A stretch of 62,997 bases of DNA, filler included, from Squatina squatina (GCA_031763465.1; 20 parts of one record of this genome joined end to end with filler, not necessarily neighbours in it); one strand, 5' to 3'; shown: positions 12,800-26,150, counted from the whole stretch's first letter. Notes: generated by a model not told the origin, from the letters alone. Numbers and translations are program-made.

Positions 12800-13735
12800 G
12801 AAGCAGAGCTGAGAGCCAGATGTGTGAGAGAGTGCTTGAATTTTCAATGGTACTTCTCTGTTATCTGCACTTCCTTTGAGAGTTTCCATGAGAGTGTCTT
12901 CTCATAGCAACCTCTGAGGTGTCCAGCAAGGCCTTTGTTTGCTGCAGCAAAATTTCCACCATCATGACTGCTGTCTGGCCTTGTTTTGCCTTTAGAGTTC
13001 CAAATGTTTCTCTCCCACCCAGAACTGCAGCATTTGCTGCTTCATGTGTTTTTTTGGCCTCTTTTAGGGTCAGTGGACAACAGCAGGCATTAATCAAACC
13101 TGGTGCTCACTTATTCTCTGCTAATATGCTGAACCTGAAAATACAGGCAGGTTCAGCACAGGTCATATCAGACTTGTACAAGCATTGCTAGGATGCCGGC
13201 CAAGAGCAAATTTGACTCTGTTGAGAGTGACAATTTCTCCCCCGCCCACCCCCCACTGGTTTTTTTGGCTGTTTAAAATGGAGATGGGTGTGTCCAGCAA
13301 TTTTCATAAAGGTAGATACAGTTGACAGAGACCATTTAGCTCATTTTTCTATAGAAGAAGAATTCTATTTTATGTGTTTTGCCTATTCCCTGAAGTGCGC
13401 CAGTCTTGTACAGACTAGTTTTTTTTAAGGCATGTGTATAATAACTGTCAATAGCTCTGCAGTCCCAAGGGTTTCAGTATTCAGAAAATGGCAACTCTAC
13501 TTGTGCCTTGAGAATAGTAATCATATGTCACAGTGAAAGGGAGAAAAATGCATTTTCACAAGAAAGCAACTTCTGCCTAGCCGGTAGAAGATTTTGATCA
13601 GTGTGCGAATGTAGTTTGCTTTGCATTTGAAACAATTGCTCTCACCTCTGGAATGGGTTATTTTTAGTTGCTATTGATTGTTCCATTGCAGAATTGTTAA
13701 CTTTAATCTCCCACATTATCTTTAGCTCAGGCAGT
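12800..13735 (+). pseudogene. Decayed LRR gene relic (CPN2-like N-terminus)
   Basis: RCVRECLNFQWYFSVICTS (LRRNT-like), VSSKAF, LIKPGAHLFSANMLNLKI, YLCLENSNHMSQ..EKNAFSQ. Confidence 0.5.
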
Positions 13736-13835
13736 NNNNNNNNNNNNNNNNNNNNNNNNNNNNNNNNNNNNNNNNNNNNNNNNNNNNNNNNNNNNNNNNN
13801 NNNNNNNNNNNNNNNNNNNNNNNNNNNNNNNNNNN

Positions 13836-14030
13836 ACTTCACTGAACTTAGACAAGGTCTCCATTAACTCTAGGCTTGTGAGGGAAGCGCTTGGAACAAA
13901 AAGCCCAACAGTGTGTCCCATCCCTCAGACAAGCATGGAAACAAATGGTACAGGAATTTGTCAGAATAGAATCATCCGCTCTGTGTCACTGAATATATTT
14001 ACCTACCTCAGAGTCTATTCAGTTCTATTA
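13836..14030 (+). repeat. Dispersed repeat, copy 1 (copy 2 near 29935-30080)
   Basis: Shared AGACAAGGTCTCCATTAAC and CAGAATAGAATCATCCGCTCTGT.TCACTGAATA.ATTTACCTACCTCAGAG. Confidence 0.85.
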
Positions 14031-14399
14031 AGGGTCAGGGTGCTGAGAAAATCAAAGACAGATGCAGCAATGGTAATAGCTGTCCTCTAGGCAACCTGCG
14101 TCCATGTTATGTGGCAGGCACAGAGGAAAATTCAAAGGCACTTCTGCGCTGTGGGGATAAGGATACTTAAACCAACAACACAAGATTTTTAAACGTAATT
14201 TAACATGCAATATGAAGAGCAATGCAAACCTTTAAGGAATTTATTTAAAAAGTTACCACTGACAAGACTCGGTTCCACCTGATTTACGGGTGTAAACTAA
14301 GCCTACTTGTTTAGAAAACTGCACAGAGTTCCATTACACACTCTCCCAAATCACTTACAACTGCACTTTCTAAATCCCAACTGCCTAGTTTTTGGCTCT

Positions 14400-15000
14400 C
14401 CATTCATCATGCAGCCAATTTGCTCAAGAACTCCCTCACCTGCACCTTTCATGTCCCTTGTCCCCTATTCCCTCCCGTCCTGGTCGTTCTCCCTGATAAG
14501 GTTCCTGTCTTCACTTCCTTGAGTCCAGGGGCACAAACTTGAATGTATCTGGTTTAGCCATCCATCACCAGGTCTGGTTGGACCACATCAAGCGTTAGTG
14601 GCCCTCCCATTCCTCTGCCAAAACATCTCAGTACTGCAGGATCATCCTGGAAACCAAAGACAGCCCTCAGGTTTTTTTTCTCTGCTACCTACCGTCTCCT
14701 TAAACCCCTGTCCCCTGCACCCACCACCCCCACCTCCAACATCAAATGCGGGGAGTTCATGGACTTCTTTCTCACTAAGATTGAGACTATCCATTTAGCT
14801 GTCTTGTCTACCCACCAGGCCAGATCTCCCCACAGGCCATCCACCCCCAGCCCCACAGTAGCCCTGAATCAGTATCTGTCTAGTTTATCTCCCATCTCCT
14901 CATATACCCTCTTCAAGTTCATCTTGACCATGAGATCCACCTCCTCCTCCCTTGAGTCCATGCCCATTTATCTCCCCTCCCGAGTTGACTCCCAAGGCCA
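14400..15000 (+). mobile_element. L2-like LINE ORF2 relic
   Basis: C-rich segment with MDFFLTKIETIH-type linker sequence. L2-like 3' segments also occur at 15715-15796 and 48570-48852. Confidence 0.6.
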
Positions 15001-15899
15001 TTAGGAGTCCACCATATTGCTGGTGCTCACGTTCTGATTGGGGATTTATGCACCAATGAGGCAACAGCATTGATAATGGCCCAAACCTCCAGGCCCCACG
15101 AAATTCAACCAACAAACTAGTGAGTGAGAAATATCAAGGCAAAGGGAGCCATTCCCTGGGCTTTACTCCGGATGTCCCTGTACTAACTATTGATTAACCT
15201 GTAAGACAAACGACTATCTCGACTCATTCAGAGGTTGGCTGGTAGAGTTTGGGACCAGAGGTTTCAGGACCGTACCCCAACTGAGCAGGGGAGGGGAGAG
15301 AGAGAAGACTGGAGAAGGACAAGGTTCCCCGCAGATTGTGCCATCCAGCTAAGCTGTTTTAATGAAGTCTTCTGTGTGGCCCCCTTGATGTAACTTCAAA
15401 ATGTCAAGGATGAAAAACAAAAATTCCACACTTTCTTGAAGCAGATGTCTCCACCCGTTATAAATATATAAACACATTAGCCACCTCCAGGGAAGAGGCA
15501 GTCACTCTGCAGTGCTGGAATTTCGAGGCCTTTCTACTCTGTGGCAGGAATCCAGGATGAAAGCCTCGCTCGGGAGCTGTGCAGTTGTCCCAACTTGACT
15601 ATGTCTGTCACAGTCCAGGCGCTGCCACAGTTAAAGGGACACCATCCACTTGACTGTCACCAATGGGATGTGCCACAGTTTGCAAACCGTGACTGACTAA
15701 ATCGACAACCTCCTACGCTCTACGACCTCCAATTCTGGCCTCTTGCATATCCCCGATTTTAATTGCTCCACCACTGGCGGCCGTGCCTTCAGCTGTNNNN
15801 NNNNNNNNNNNNNNNNNNNNNNNNNNNNNNNNNNNNNNNNNNNNNNNNNNNNNNNNNNNNNNNNNNNNNNNNNNNNNNNNNNNNNNNNNNNNNNNNCTT

Positions 15900-16165
15900 T
15901 GCAGCTACAAGGACAAGGGCAAAGGCGCGTGGGAACACAACCAATCCAAGTTCCCCACTATCCTGACTTGGAAATATTTTGCCATTCCTTCAATGTTGCT
16001 GGGACAAAATCCTGGAACTCCTTCCTAACAGCACTGTGAACCTTTACCATATGGACTGCAGCAGTTCAAGAAGGCAGCTCATCACCTCATTCTTAATGTC
16101 AACTAGGGATGGGCAATAAATGCTGGCCTTGCCAGTGATGCCCACATCCCATGAATGAATTAGTA
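15900..16165 (+). mobile_element. LINE 3' end
   Basis: Ends CTAGGGATGGGCAATAAATGCTGGCC...GATGCCCACATCCCATGAATGAAT; the same tail occurs at about 6346-6375. Confidence 0.7.
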
Positions 16166-16199
16166 AAGAAAAACTGCTTTAATGTCAAAGTACTGAAAT

Positions 16200-17200
16200 C
16201 TATTAGTGGGAAAATGTTAAGCGAAGATTAGACCATTGCATTTAACTCACCATCCTTGGAGATGTCTCTTCATCTGCGGTAGTAAAAGGTAAATTTCATT
16301 GAAGACATTTGTTCTGTCACTTTCAACAGTGTAATGTAACAAAGATGTAAATATTTCAGTCTTCAATTCACTGCCATCACATCTGTGGCATATAGAAAGT
16401 TAAGTAACAATGAGATAGACTTTCATTTTCCCCATCTGCGTGTTAGACTGGCAGAGCAACTCACCCACTCCATCAATGCAAATTAGGTGGGTTCCATAAA
16501 AGCTCTGCCAGATTACTGCCCAGTTGCTGAAGAGGAAAACCTCTTCCATAGTTCCAACAATTTTTTTTTAAAATTCGTATTTTTATCATTTCTATTTTCC
16601 ACTTCCCAATCAGAGCTATTTCTCTTCATTATTCCTTCTTTAACTGGAAAAGTGCATAAATAATCTACAGATTCATTGTGGAGTTTTAAATCAACGTCAC
16701 TATATTTAACTAATAAAACATATGCTTCCTATGGGAATGCTTGTGACAATTTTATGCACAAATACATCTGCAAAAATCACAAAACTGTGAATGCACCCAT
16801 ACAATTCAAAAAAGACATACTGAATGCATTGTTATGCTCCCTAGAGCAGCAAGATGCACTGAATGTATAGTGCGTTTAAAGCAAATTCTTGTACGTAACC
16901 TCCTTCAGCCTTTTTCATTTGTAGCTATTGCTGTTTGAATGAATAAAGTTGTCCGAGTGCTGAAAGAAAACAAAAGCACCACATGGATATGTCAAGGTGC
17001 TGTACTTCATTGTCTTGTTCTACAGCTCTCCGAGTACTAATCTGCCCTATTTTTATGTTGCTTTTATTGTAAAAACTTTCCCATGCAATGCATTGGCTGA
17101 CACAGTAGTTCAGTGAGTCAGTTTATTACTGTCTATTGCTAATTATCCAGGAGCAGCATTGGTGATACCTTGTCACTGCAAAGGATGCATACCATTGTAA
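16200..17200 (-). pseudogene. Decayed LRR gene relic (LRRC15-like)
   Basis: PCGAF..LSALGQL, KRLKEVTYKNLL, FLQMY..VTSIPIG(A)Y.LLVK..DLKLHN (compare LRRC15 LRLYENRLTDIPMGTFDGLVNLQEL), SELKTEIFTSLL...FNEIYLLLP. Confidence 0.55.
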
Positions 17201-18149
17201 TCCTCTCATTATTTCTTCTGCTACAATCACTTAGGCCAGTCCTTGCCCTCTGACAGGCTATTTACGAGAATGAGCCTCTCACCAGGGACCTTCATTAGTG
17301 GAGACTAGCAAAGTTAATGAACAGCTTTGAATAAAGCTGGAAATGGTTATTTATGGGAAAGTGATCATTTCCTAAAGACTTTAGTTTGCAACTGCTCAAA
17401 AGGTGCAGATGTCTTTTTATTTTCCCACTTTTCACCCCTCTTTTCCAGAAGATTATGACTCGTGTTGAAGTGTGATTCCATGGTTGTCAGCATACCTCAT
17501 TNNNNNNNNNNNNNNNNNNNNNNNNNNNNNNNNNNNNNNNNNNNNTTAATTAATTAANNNNNNNNNNNNNNNNNNNNNNNNNNNNNNNNNNNNNNNNNNN
17601 NCTGCACCTGGTTTCTTTTCACTTCATTTTAGTCTGCCACATCTTCAGCGTTGCCAAAGGCTGCTTGTGGGGTGAGATGCCTTTTTGGACCTTTCTAATA
17701 GCTTTTGGAATTTTGTCCCCCTATTGGGATATTTCCTTTTAAATGTCCTTTACCCCAAAAAATTCACTGATGCACAGTTTTTCACTCCCCACTACTACTG
17801 TCTTCTCTGCAGCTGTCCAAGATGACACTCATACTGTGAATAATAATGAAAACGAGCTTGATTCAAAAAATGAGATGCTATTGCTAAGTTACTCTTTTGG
17901 TGAGACTTGCATGATGTTCTTAATCATTTAGAATTGACTCACAACAGTAAATACAAATCAGGACCAATAAATTGACCCACACCCCATCTCAAAATCTGTC
18001 ATGCCTGAAACACAATGCCAGTTCATAGCTAACCCAATCCAGCCAAGTGTAGAGGTAAGGACACTGGAGCTTAATGGGATTCAATCTTGGTACAGGAGCC
18101 TGCCTCATGGTCTACTGAGTTATCCAACAAATTAGTGAAATAAAAAGGT

Positions 18150-20100
18150 TGCTTCAACCTGTTTGTGCTGATTAACCACATGGTTCCTGTGCGTGCAGCA
18201 GTGCCACCTGACCTCTATATATCTTCTTAATGAAGTTAACAAAGCAGCAATTTCAGTGAACCTTGTAAGAGTGAAAAATAAAGTGAAGTCATTCGCAAGC
18301 TAGGCTCACTGATGGAACCTGTCACTTAGGTTTTTCAGGTCACAGACTGAGAAGAGCAATTAAAAGAGAGGGGCTCCACAACCTCGACAGTTTAATCATT
18401 AAAGCTCTAGTTGTGTTCGATGATGAATTGCTGGTAAGAGTGAAACATGCTGCTGGTCATTAATCTGCAGCAATTCAGGATGAAAGGCACGTTGTTTCAG
18501 GAGCTTCTATTTGGTAATTAACTGGTTATCCCCCAAAAATGATACATGGTCCAGTGTAAGCCTATAGAACTGCCAGGCTGGAGATAATAATGTTGAACAG
18601 CTGGAACCTCCCGAGAGCTGCTATTCATTCCTTCTCCATTATAAGCATCAGCTGAAAAATGGCATTTGGTTTGCACTAACATATACTGGGAGAAAACACG
18701 TAAAGCAATAAGTATAAATATATTGCTATCTTTTGCCTCAAAGTGTGTTGTAGAGTAAGGCTTGCGACATGTAGGAGGAATATAAATAGTGAAACTCACT
18801 TTCTTTAGCAGTCTGTAATATGCAGTAAAACCACACTGAATAAAATGGCCAATTAAAAAGTGATCAATATCTTCACATAAAATATCCATTAATAATTTTT
18901 CCAGTCTATTGAAATGCATTGTTTAATTTTAATGAATGTGAAGAAAAAGCAATTCCCTCAAATACAACCTCAGCATTTTCTACGTTTATGGATTTTTATC
19001 CAGCACATTCAAATCATGTCTGAATTTGAATCTGCATTGAAATCTCAATACAATACAGTAAATCCTAATCTCAGGCTCAATCAAAACCTGAATCCAACGG
19101 CAAAGCAGAGTCCAAAGCTGATACTGAGTCCAAAGCCTCAGTTTGGCGATGGAAGCCGACAGATTGCTTCTCATCCATACAACAGAAGCTACGAGCAACA
19201 GAGGGGGAAAATTTGGTGTGCGCCAAGAGAATTGCCGGTGTCATCGGCAAGTCGAGTTAACAGCCGTTTCGCTACAGTTGAAAAATTCAAACTGTGGGTA
19301 AGCGATGTGGAACATAGTGCTAACCTACCGTGCAACACCGTCCTGGTGTCCTTAATGGAGGCCTCTGAGCCAAAGTTCCTGTCCACNNNNNNNNNNNNNN
19401 NNNNNNNNNNNNNNNNNNNNNNNNNNNNNNNNNNNNNNNNNNNNNNNNNNNNNNNNNNNNNNNNNNNNNNNNNNNNNNNNNNNNNNACTGCCCATACAGA
19501 AGGTAGAACTGGTGAAACCTACAGGGAGTCCTGTCTCCAAAAGTTAAGTCATTGTCGGCGAGTGAGACAGCAGAAAAACCCAGTGGAAATGGACTCCGCC
19601 CCAAGTTCATGGTATTTCACTCCCATTCCATCCGATTTCTGCCCACAAGATAGCACAGTTTTTAGGCTCATATTTTTAAGTTTGTTTAAAACATAACCAA
19701 CTGTTTGTAAGAACCCAATTGTGTTATTCAGAATTTAGAATACCGATTAGAATATAATCCATATGTTGCTAACTCAGTGTTCAACTATCTTATTGATAGA
19801 AAAATTAAAAAGTAAAAGATTAGAATTTTGGAAGCTGTATTCATTGCAAATAGAAGATATGTCTGATTCAGTTTCACATTGCTGTCTACCATAGAAATTA
19901 TGCATTACTCAAGGCTTCAGCTATTCGGAATGGGAAAGCTCTGGCTTGTAGAAACCACAGCTCCAAGTATTCAGGATGTGGGCTTTAACGTGGTGATAGA
20001 TGTGGTTCCCTTGGAATGCATATTTCCTTGTTCAAGAACAAGAAACTAATTTTCTAAATATAGTAAATAAACGCTCATGTTGAGGATCTGTCTTACATTT
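18150..20100 (-). pseudogene. Decayed LRR gene relic (CPN2-like), split by a GC-rich insertion and gap near 19100-19650
   Basis: LQARAF, LATYGLYSN, TMHFNRLEKLLMDI, KDSNIFILIALRVFSQ (compare CPN2 LDSNNISELPPQVFSQ), SIGLHWTM (compare LSLQWNM), SFND.TVEVVEPLSF. The two halves may be separate copies. Confidence 0.6.
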
Positions 20101-20809
20101 ACATTGTGCTAGGTCATTACTCCATCTGTTTTTCCCTTAAAAACCAAAGCCAGTGATCTTGATGAAGTGTACATAACAAAATAATTAGGATGAATTACGT
20201 ATAAAGTACGCACAGGCTAAAGTACATCAGCAGGGCCTGGACCCTAATATGTGTATAGTCTTTGGCAGTCATTCACTGCACAGTTAGAAGTGACTGACAT
20301 CACTGGCTCCAACAATCCAATCATACAAAATGCCTTTGTACTCCGATTTCACCAGCACTGATACACTATANNNNNNNNNNTAGGTTTATTTACATTTCAT
20401 GTTACGGGGAAGACATCATAGAGCACCTTACAGCACAGGAGGCCATTTGGGCATCATGCCTGTGATGGTTCTTTGAAAGACCTATCCAATTAGTCTCAAT
20501 CCTCTGCTCTTTCCCCATAGCCCTGCATTTTTTTCCTTTTCAAGTATTTATTCAATTCCCTTTTCAAAGTTACTATTGAATCTGCTTCCACCACCCTTTC
20601 AGACAGTGTATTCCAGATCATAACTCACTGAGTAAAATAANNNNNNNNNNNNNNNNNNNNNNNNNNNNNNNNNNNNNNNNNNNNTTAATTAATTAANNNN
20701 NNNNNNNNNNNNNNNNNNNNNNNNNNNNNNNNNNNNNNNNGTACAATAGTGAGAAATGATCTTGGCTCAGGAGTTCAAGATACAGGATCCGTTTGAGTGG
20801 AATATAAAT

Positions 20810-21020
20810 CAAGAAATGATAGGGGCTTGTAAGAAATTTACTGCAATAATCGTGGGTGATTTTACTATTCATATAGATTGGACAAATCAAATTGGCAAAA
20901 GTAGCCTTGAAGATGAGTTCATAGAGTGTATTCGGGACAGTATCTTCGAACAGTACGTTGTGGAACTGACCAGGGAGCAATCTATTTTAGATCTGGTAAT
21001 GTGTAATTAGACAGGATTAC
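20810..21020 (+). mobile_element. CR1 LINE endonuclease fragment
   Basis: IIVGDFTIHIDW...EFIECIRDSIFEQYVVELTREQSILDLVMCN. Confidence 0.9.
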
Positions 21021-21104
21021 TTAATGAATTATGTAATTAATATCATTTTATTATAGTGTAATCAGTGGGTTTTGATTTGATTTAATTTACGTTAATTAAT
21101 GGGT

Positions 21105-21266
21105 AAGCCATGGCAGCACAGCTCGGCCCCGCGGCATGCTCCTCCTGCGCTATGTGGGAAATCAGGGACACTTCCAGTGTCCCTGACGACCATGTGTGCA
21201 AGAAGTGTATCCGGCTGCAGCTACTGGCTAACTGCATTACGGAGCTAGAGCTGTGAATGGATTCAT
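21105..21266 (+). mobile_element. CR1-type LINE ORF1 zinc-finger/zipper fragment (other copies at 21695-21840 and 3598-3654)
   Basis: CSSCAMWEIRDTSSVPDDHVCKKCIRLQLL..ITELEL; overlapping parts recur in three near-identical copies in the window. Confidence 0.75.
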
Positions 21267-21839
21267 NNNNNNNNNNNNNNNNNNNNNNNNNNNNNNNNNN
21301 NNNNNNNNNNNNNNNNNNNNNNNNNNNNNNNNNNNNNNNNNNNNNNNNNNNNNNNNNNNNNNNNNNCTTCTTGCTGGACGTCTGCATCCCCTCCCCTTCC
21401 CCCCCCTCCACCACTCGTTGCTGCAGCACCACACGATCCTCCTCCTCACTTTCCTCCTCTTCCTCAGACGTCCCGTCAGTGTAGTATAGCTGCTGAACGC
21501 TCTGAAGATGAGGTCCATCTCGAGGCTCCCCTGGCCGGTTCGCGGGTCCTGCTTCATCGTCGAGTGGTTGCGCCCTCTGGGTGGCCACGTTGGGCAGCGT
21601 TCAGCGGGCGAGCGCAAACCAGGAGATCTGCTCAGCCGAGTACTGCAATGCTCCCCCCTGACTTGTCAAGACAGCGGAACTGCTGCTTGAGGACTGCGCT
21701 ATGTGGGAAATCAGGGACACTTCCAATGTCCCTGACGACCATGTGTGCAGGAAGCGGATCCAGCTGCAGCTACTGGCTCACCGCATTACGGAGCTAGAGC
21801 TGCGAAAGGATTCACTGTGGAGCATCCACGATGCAGAGA

Positions 21840-22070
21840 TGGTGAGTGAGAGAGATGGGGGAGTGGGAGAGAGGGCGAGAGTGACGGGTGGCATGAGGAA
21901 GAGAAGGAGTGCGGGCGTGAGGAAGAGAGTGTGAGAAAACGTCTGAAGGAGAGTGTGTGAGAAGGTGTGATGAAGAGAGAGAGGATGTGAGTGAGGGAGG
22001 GTGTGAGGGAGAGAGGGTGTGAGAGAAAGAGGGCATGAGGGAAAGAGGGTGTGAGTGAGTGAGAGAAGAC
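21840..22070 (+). repeat. GA/GT-rich low-complexity tract
   Basis: Irregular GAGA/GTGA units. Confidence 0.85.
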
Positions 22071-22449
22071 CATAAGACCATAAGAAGCAGNNNNNNNNNN
22101 NNNNNNNNNNNNNNNNNNNNNNNNNNNNNNNNNNTTAATTAATTAANNNNNNNNNNNNNNNNNNNNNNNNNNNNNNNNNNNNNNNNNNNNTGACTGACCA
22201 CAACTTCAAGATTTCTGCATTAGGATACGCATGCGCTGCATCCTGAAGTTGTGGTCAGTTTCAAAGGGGTTAGTTCACCATTATTTCATACTGATTACTT
22301 AACAGAGGCAAAACTGTCACATTTTTATTGTTTTTAATAAATGTCTGAAACATATTTTCTCAGAGTAATGCCAGTACTCTTTCCCGCAAAGCAGACTACA
22401 GTTTAAAATCTGTAGAAGATTTACAACATCTTAAGCTACAAAGAAAATG

Positions 22450-23400
22450 TTTGCCAGTGCTATTGCACTTGCTATTCAGCAGTGATACAAGCATAAAGTG
22501 TTTATTTGTTTGCAGATGCAAAATTAAGTGAAGTAGAACCTACCTGATCCTGTTTACTCCCATTGAAGCTTTGGTCCTTCCCTGAAGGGACTGTTTATTC
22601 CAGCCAGAGCCCAAAGTCAAGCCGGCAGTTTATTCAGCAAGGTTAGACAAGCACACGCAAGAATGATGACCTGCTTCTAAACAGCCTCAACCCAATCCCT
22701 GAGGACTTAAAAATAAAGGGGTTGAAATGAATACCTTTATCAGGGGACCTGAACTGTACTGCAAGATTAGAATAGAGCCATACAGATTCCTTAGATCTTT
22801 TTGGCTTTTCTATGAAGAATGGTGGAGACGGTGAACTAATAAAGGCAAGGTTACAGACCACCAAGACCTAAAGGTTGATTTAAAATCATAGTCATTGTTT
22901 GCACAAACTAAAGAATAAAGCTTAATACACCTAATCAGAACATAAAGGATGGAGACAGCTGTAATTTCCACTACCTGCTTTTAGAATCTATCTTTATCTG
23001 CTTCAAATAGGAGGCCGAAGCAGTGGGAACATCAGCATTCCAGAAACAAGATATTCTTTTGACAAAATCATTCTTAAAAACTGTCCTTTCTCTGAGGACT
23101 GCCATAGCATTTCTTCACCTGACCATGGTTCCTTAGTCTATAACTAAATGATGATGTAAATTGCTGAGGTTCTATAATCCGTGCATTATTCTACCTCTAG
23201 TTTATTCAGCATTATATATTTTCAGATAAAGCAAAATAATGCTAAAAAGTCCAGTTAGGGCCAGATGTTGCAGAATGCTTACTCCTCCAGGACAACTATA
23301 ATGACAGTAAAACTATCGGCACTTTATCATACCTCCTACGTGGTTATAAGTAGGAGTTAGCTAACTAAACAACATGCCAGGGAAGGTTGCAAATCTTCTG
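22450..23400 (-). pseudogene. Decayed LRR gene relic (LRRC15-like)
   Basis: LRERTVFKNDFVKRIS; NLAFISSPSPPFFIEKPK(D)LRNL/WLYSN (compare LRRC15 ELSPGIFGPMPNLRELWLYDN). Confidence 0.5.
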
Positions 23401-23699
23401 GGAAAGCTCCTTCTCAATTCACTCCTATCTAGCAGCTGAGGGAGCATACATAAATNNNNNNNNNNNNNNNNNNNNNNNNNNNNNNNNNNNNNNNNNNNNT
23501 TAATTAATTAANNNNNNNNNNNNNNNNNNNNNNNNNNNNNNNNNNNNNNNNNNNNTTAAAGATTTATGTATCTGAACCCCTTCAGCCCCTCTGCTCCTCT
23601 AATTCTTTTAAAGTCTTACTGTCTGGTATATTTCCTGTCCCGTATAGATTACAAACCTACTATGAGAAAGCTAAATCAAAAACTAAACTCACACAAGCA

Positions 23700-24260
23700 A
23701 CATTCTTCTTAGTACAAGGAGACACTGGATCCCTACCGAGCTATCCAGCAAGCATCAGAACTGGGAGTGCTCGACATAATTAACTTGATTCAACTGCAAA
23801 TGAGGTACTAAATAGCTCCACAATAGACCAGCTCATTGCCTAACATGGTGACCTCTTCCAAAGCATAGGCAAACTCAGAAGATTTTCAAGTCCAACTGCA
23901 TATTGGCACAAGAGTAGAACCAGTCATGTAGCCACACCGAATTCCATTTCATATCCAAAAGAAGGAACTCAAAGGCCTGGAGAAGATGGACTTCACTGAA
24001 GAAATTGACAGACTGCCTTCATAGCCATCAACAATTATCGGAAACTCTAAACTTAAAAGAATTNNNNNNNNNNTCTCTTAAAATTTGATCTCAATTCTGC
24101 ACATCAACCATCAGATTTGCTCCTGAATTGAGGTACAACATTTTTTTCTACCCATTGGCGTTTTCAACCCGACAAATGACTGAATTTTGGTATCTCATTT
24201 GCCAGAGAGGTTTTCCAAAGCACCATCCAAGAATTACTTTAGTTTGTCAAATCTCCGTAT
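23700..24260 (+). mobile_element. Gypsy/Ty3 LTR retrotransposon pol relic (protease-RT)
   Basis: HGDLFQSIGKL..VQLHI..VEPV..HRIPF...KELKGLEK and KFDLNSAH...FSTH...LNFGISFAREVFQSTIQELL match Gypsy RT motifs; stops and frameshifts present. Confidence 0.85.
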
Positions 24261-24779
24261 CTAGTCTAATAGTTTTTTTTGGAAGTCACAGTCTCCCCAA
24301 CACTTCCATGTTCAAGTCCCTTGCGACAAAGTTGCTAAAATTCTAAGCATGGAGTGACGAATTCTACAGAAAAATAAGAGAGATATTATAATAATGTTGT
24401 AACATAATTATGTCAAAAAAGTATCAATCAAGTGTACTCAGTGTAAGGTTGACAGCGACATTCTAAAGCAAGCTGTAGAAAACACTTTCTTTATTGCCTT
24501 GGGCCATGTAGATTGGCATAATTTAACCTGAATAGATTCTTTCAAATACATATCCAGAGTTCTCTGGTTGCCATATACCCGTATGTATTTGCTCAATGTA
24601 GCATATATTTCTTTCTTCCTTCTCTGCAGGTTTGTTTGGCAAGTTGAGCTATGTTANNNNNNNNNNNNNNNNNNNNNNNNNNNNNNNNNNNNNNNNNNNN
24701 TTAATTAATTAANNNNNNNNNNNNNNNNNNNNNNNNNNNNNNNNNNNNNNNNNNNNTGTGTCTGGTTCCTGGCAGGCTG

Positions 24780-26150
24780 GGGGTGTGATGCAATTATCTA
24801 TCATCATGTACAATGAAAATATTTATGGATAACAAGTGAATTAATCTGCATTTGAATGATATGCATCTAAAGTATAACTTATCAAACAGGTTTATCAAAT
24901 TTCCATTATTTGGCAGACGTCTTCTCCGTTAGGAATTTTTAATTTTTATCCCATTTTACATAAAACTCTGTTTTTGTCAGAAGTATTTCATAAGCATCAA
25001 CAAGTAGATTTGGATGCCGGGGAGAACCTGTCGTTAGTATTTTTTCATATTATAGAAAATACAAGATCCCATATCACGGATGCCTGGTTTAGTTAAGATT
25101 TTGTATATCTGAACAAAAAGTTCCCATTTGTCTAACTTGGCAGTTCATACTACATTTACACAATTTTTTGTATTTTATTATAGCATCGTAAACTGCAGGC
25201 TTTTTATCATTAGTTCCATTTGTATCAAACCCGATCATCCACTTATTATGGGTAAAACCTAGGAGTTCAACAGTATATCCATTGCTTATGACTTGCATTA
25301 ATGCTGTTCTAACCAGCTAAATAGTATGCGTTTGAGATCCAAAATTCTGTAGAAAATTTACTAGCTGACTTTATGCACAACTTAAAAGAACAGCATGATT
25401 TCACTGCAGCCAAAGCCACAAAAGGTATTAAATCCAGTGAAAAGTGGTCGACAATGTAACAAATCACTGAGAGGAGAAGTATCTACAGCATCATTTTTTG
25501 ATAAATATTTAATGGCATTTGTATCTAAAATATTTGTAACTGAGCTGTATTTTCATTCCCATTTATATACTGTAAATACTGTATTGATTTTCAGAGTCCA
25601 AGAATATGTAAAATGTCATTCACAATTAGGCCATATTTGTTTGCTCCAAATGAAAATGATTCATTTTACAGTAGACTTAACTGCCATTACATCTCACCAG
25701 GACCAAACAACGGAGTTGAAAATTGAGACTGAAATTTATTTTTAAGCACAGACAAAATGTGAAAACCTGTCAGCTTGACTGATTCATTAGCAAAGGATTT
25801 TCTATCCAGCAGACAAAATAGAACAGGGTCAAGTAAGAAACACAATGGATCCTTTTTATTAAATTCTCAGTTCTAGTTTAATGGTAACTTGTTCAAATAT
25901 GAAAATTATTTCCTGTTCAACTCTGCTGTGGAACCCATTCCTGGATAACTCCATTATCTTCTTTTTAACCTTTTCAACTTTAAACAAACCACAGCCCCAT
26001 AACATTAATCTAGAATTCTGTTTGTAATGCCTTTTACTTAAGCAATAAAGCTTCAGAACTGAGTGAAGTACACATAAGAGGCGATTTTCTAAGTGAACAC
26101 GGAGGCAGCGAAACATTGTAGTGCTGGCACTATGCACATCAGAGTCAACC
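24780..26150 (-). pseudogene. Decayed CPN2-like LRR gene relic with LRRCT
   Basis: GLFKV..MELSRN..EIIFSYLNKL.KLEL.FNK..LDPVLF, ILDTNAIKYL, VELLGFTHNK, NNGNLINL...FRC...CRLIHLL (compare CPN2 DTNYNLFNL..WQCDCHLAYLF). The order is colinear with CPN2. Confidence 0.65.

Noticed and set aside
18914..19696. 260-aa plus-strand ORF
   Set aside because: Crosses a gap and a GC-rich repeat, has no recognisable domain, and overlaps an antisense LRR relic.
21082..22081. Cluster of overlapping ORFs
   Set aside because: Derived from CR1 ORF1 fragments, a GC-rich transposon fragment and a GA-rich tract.
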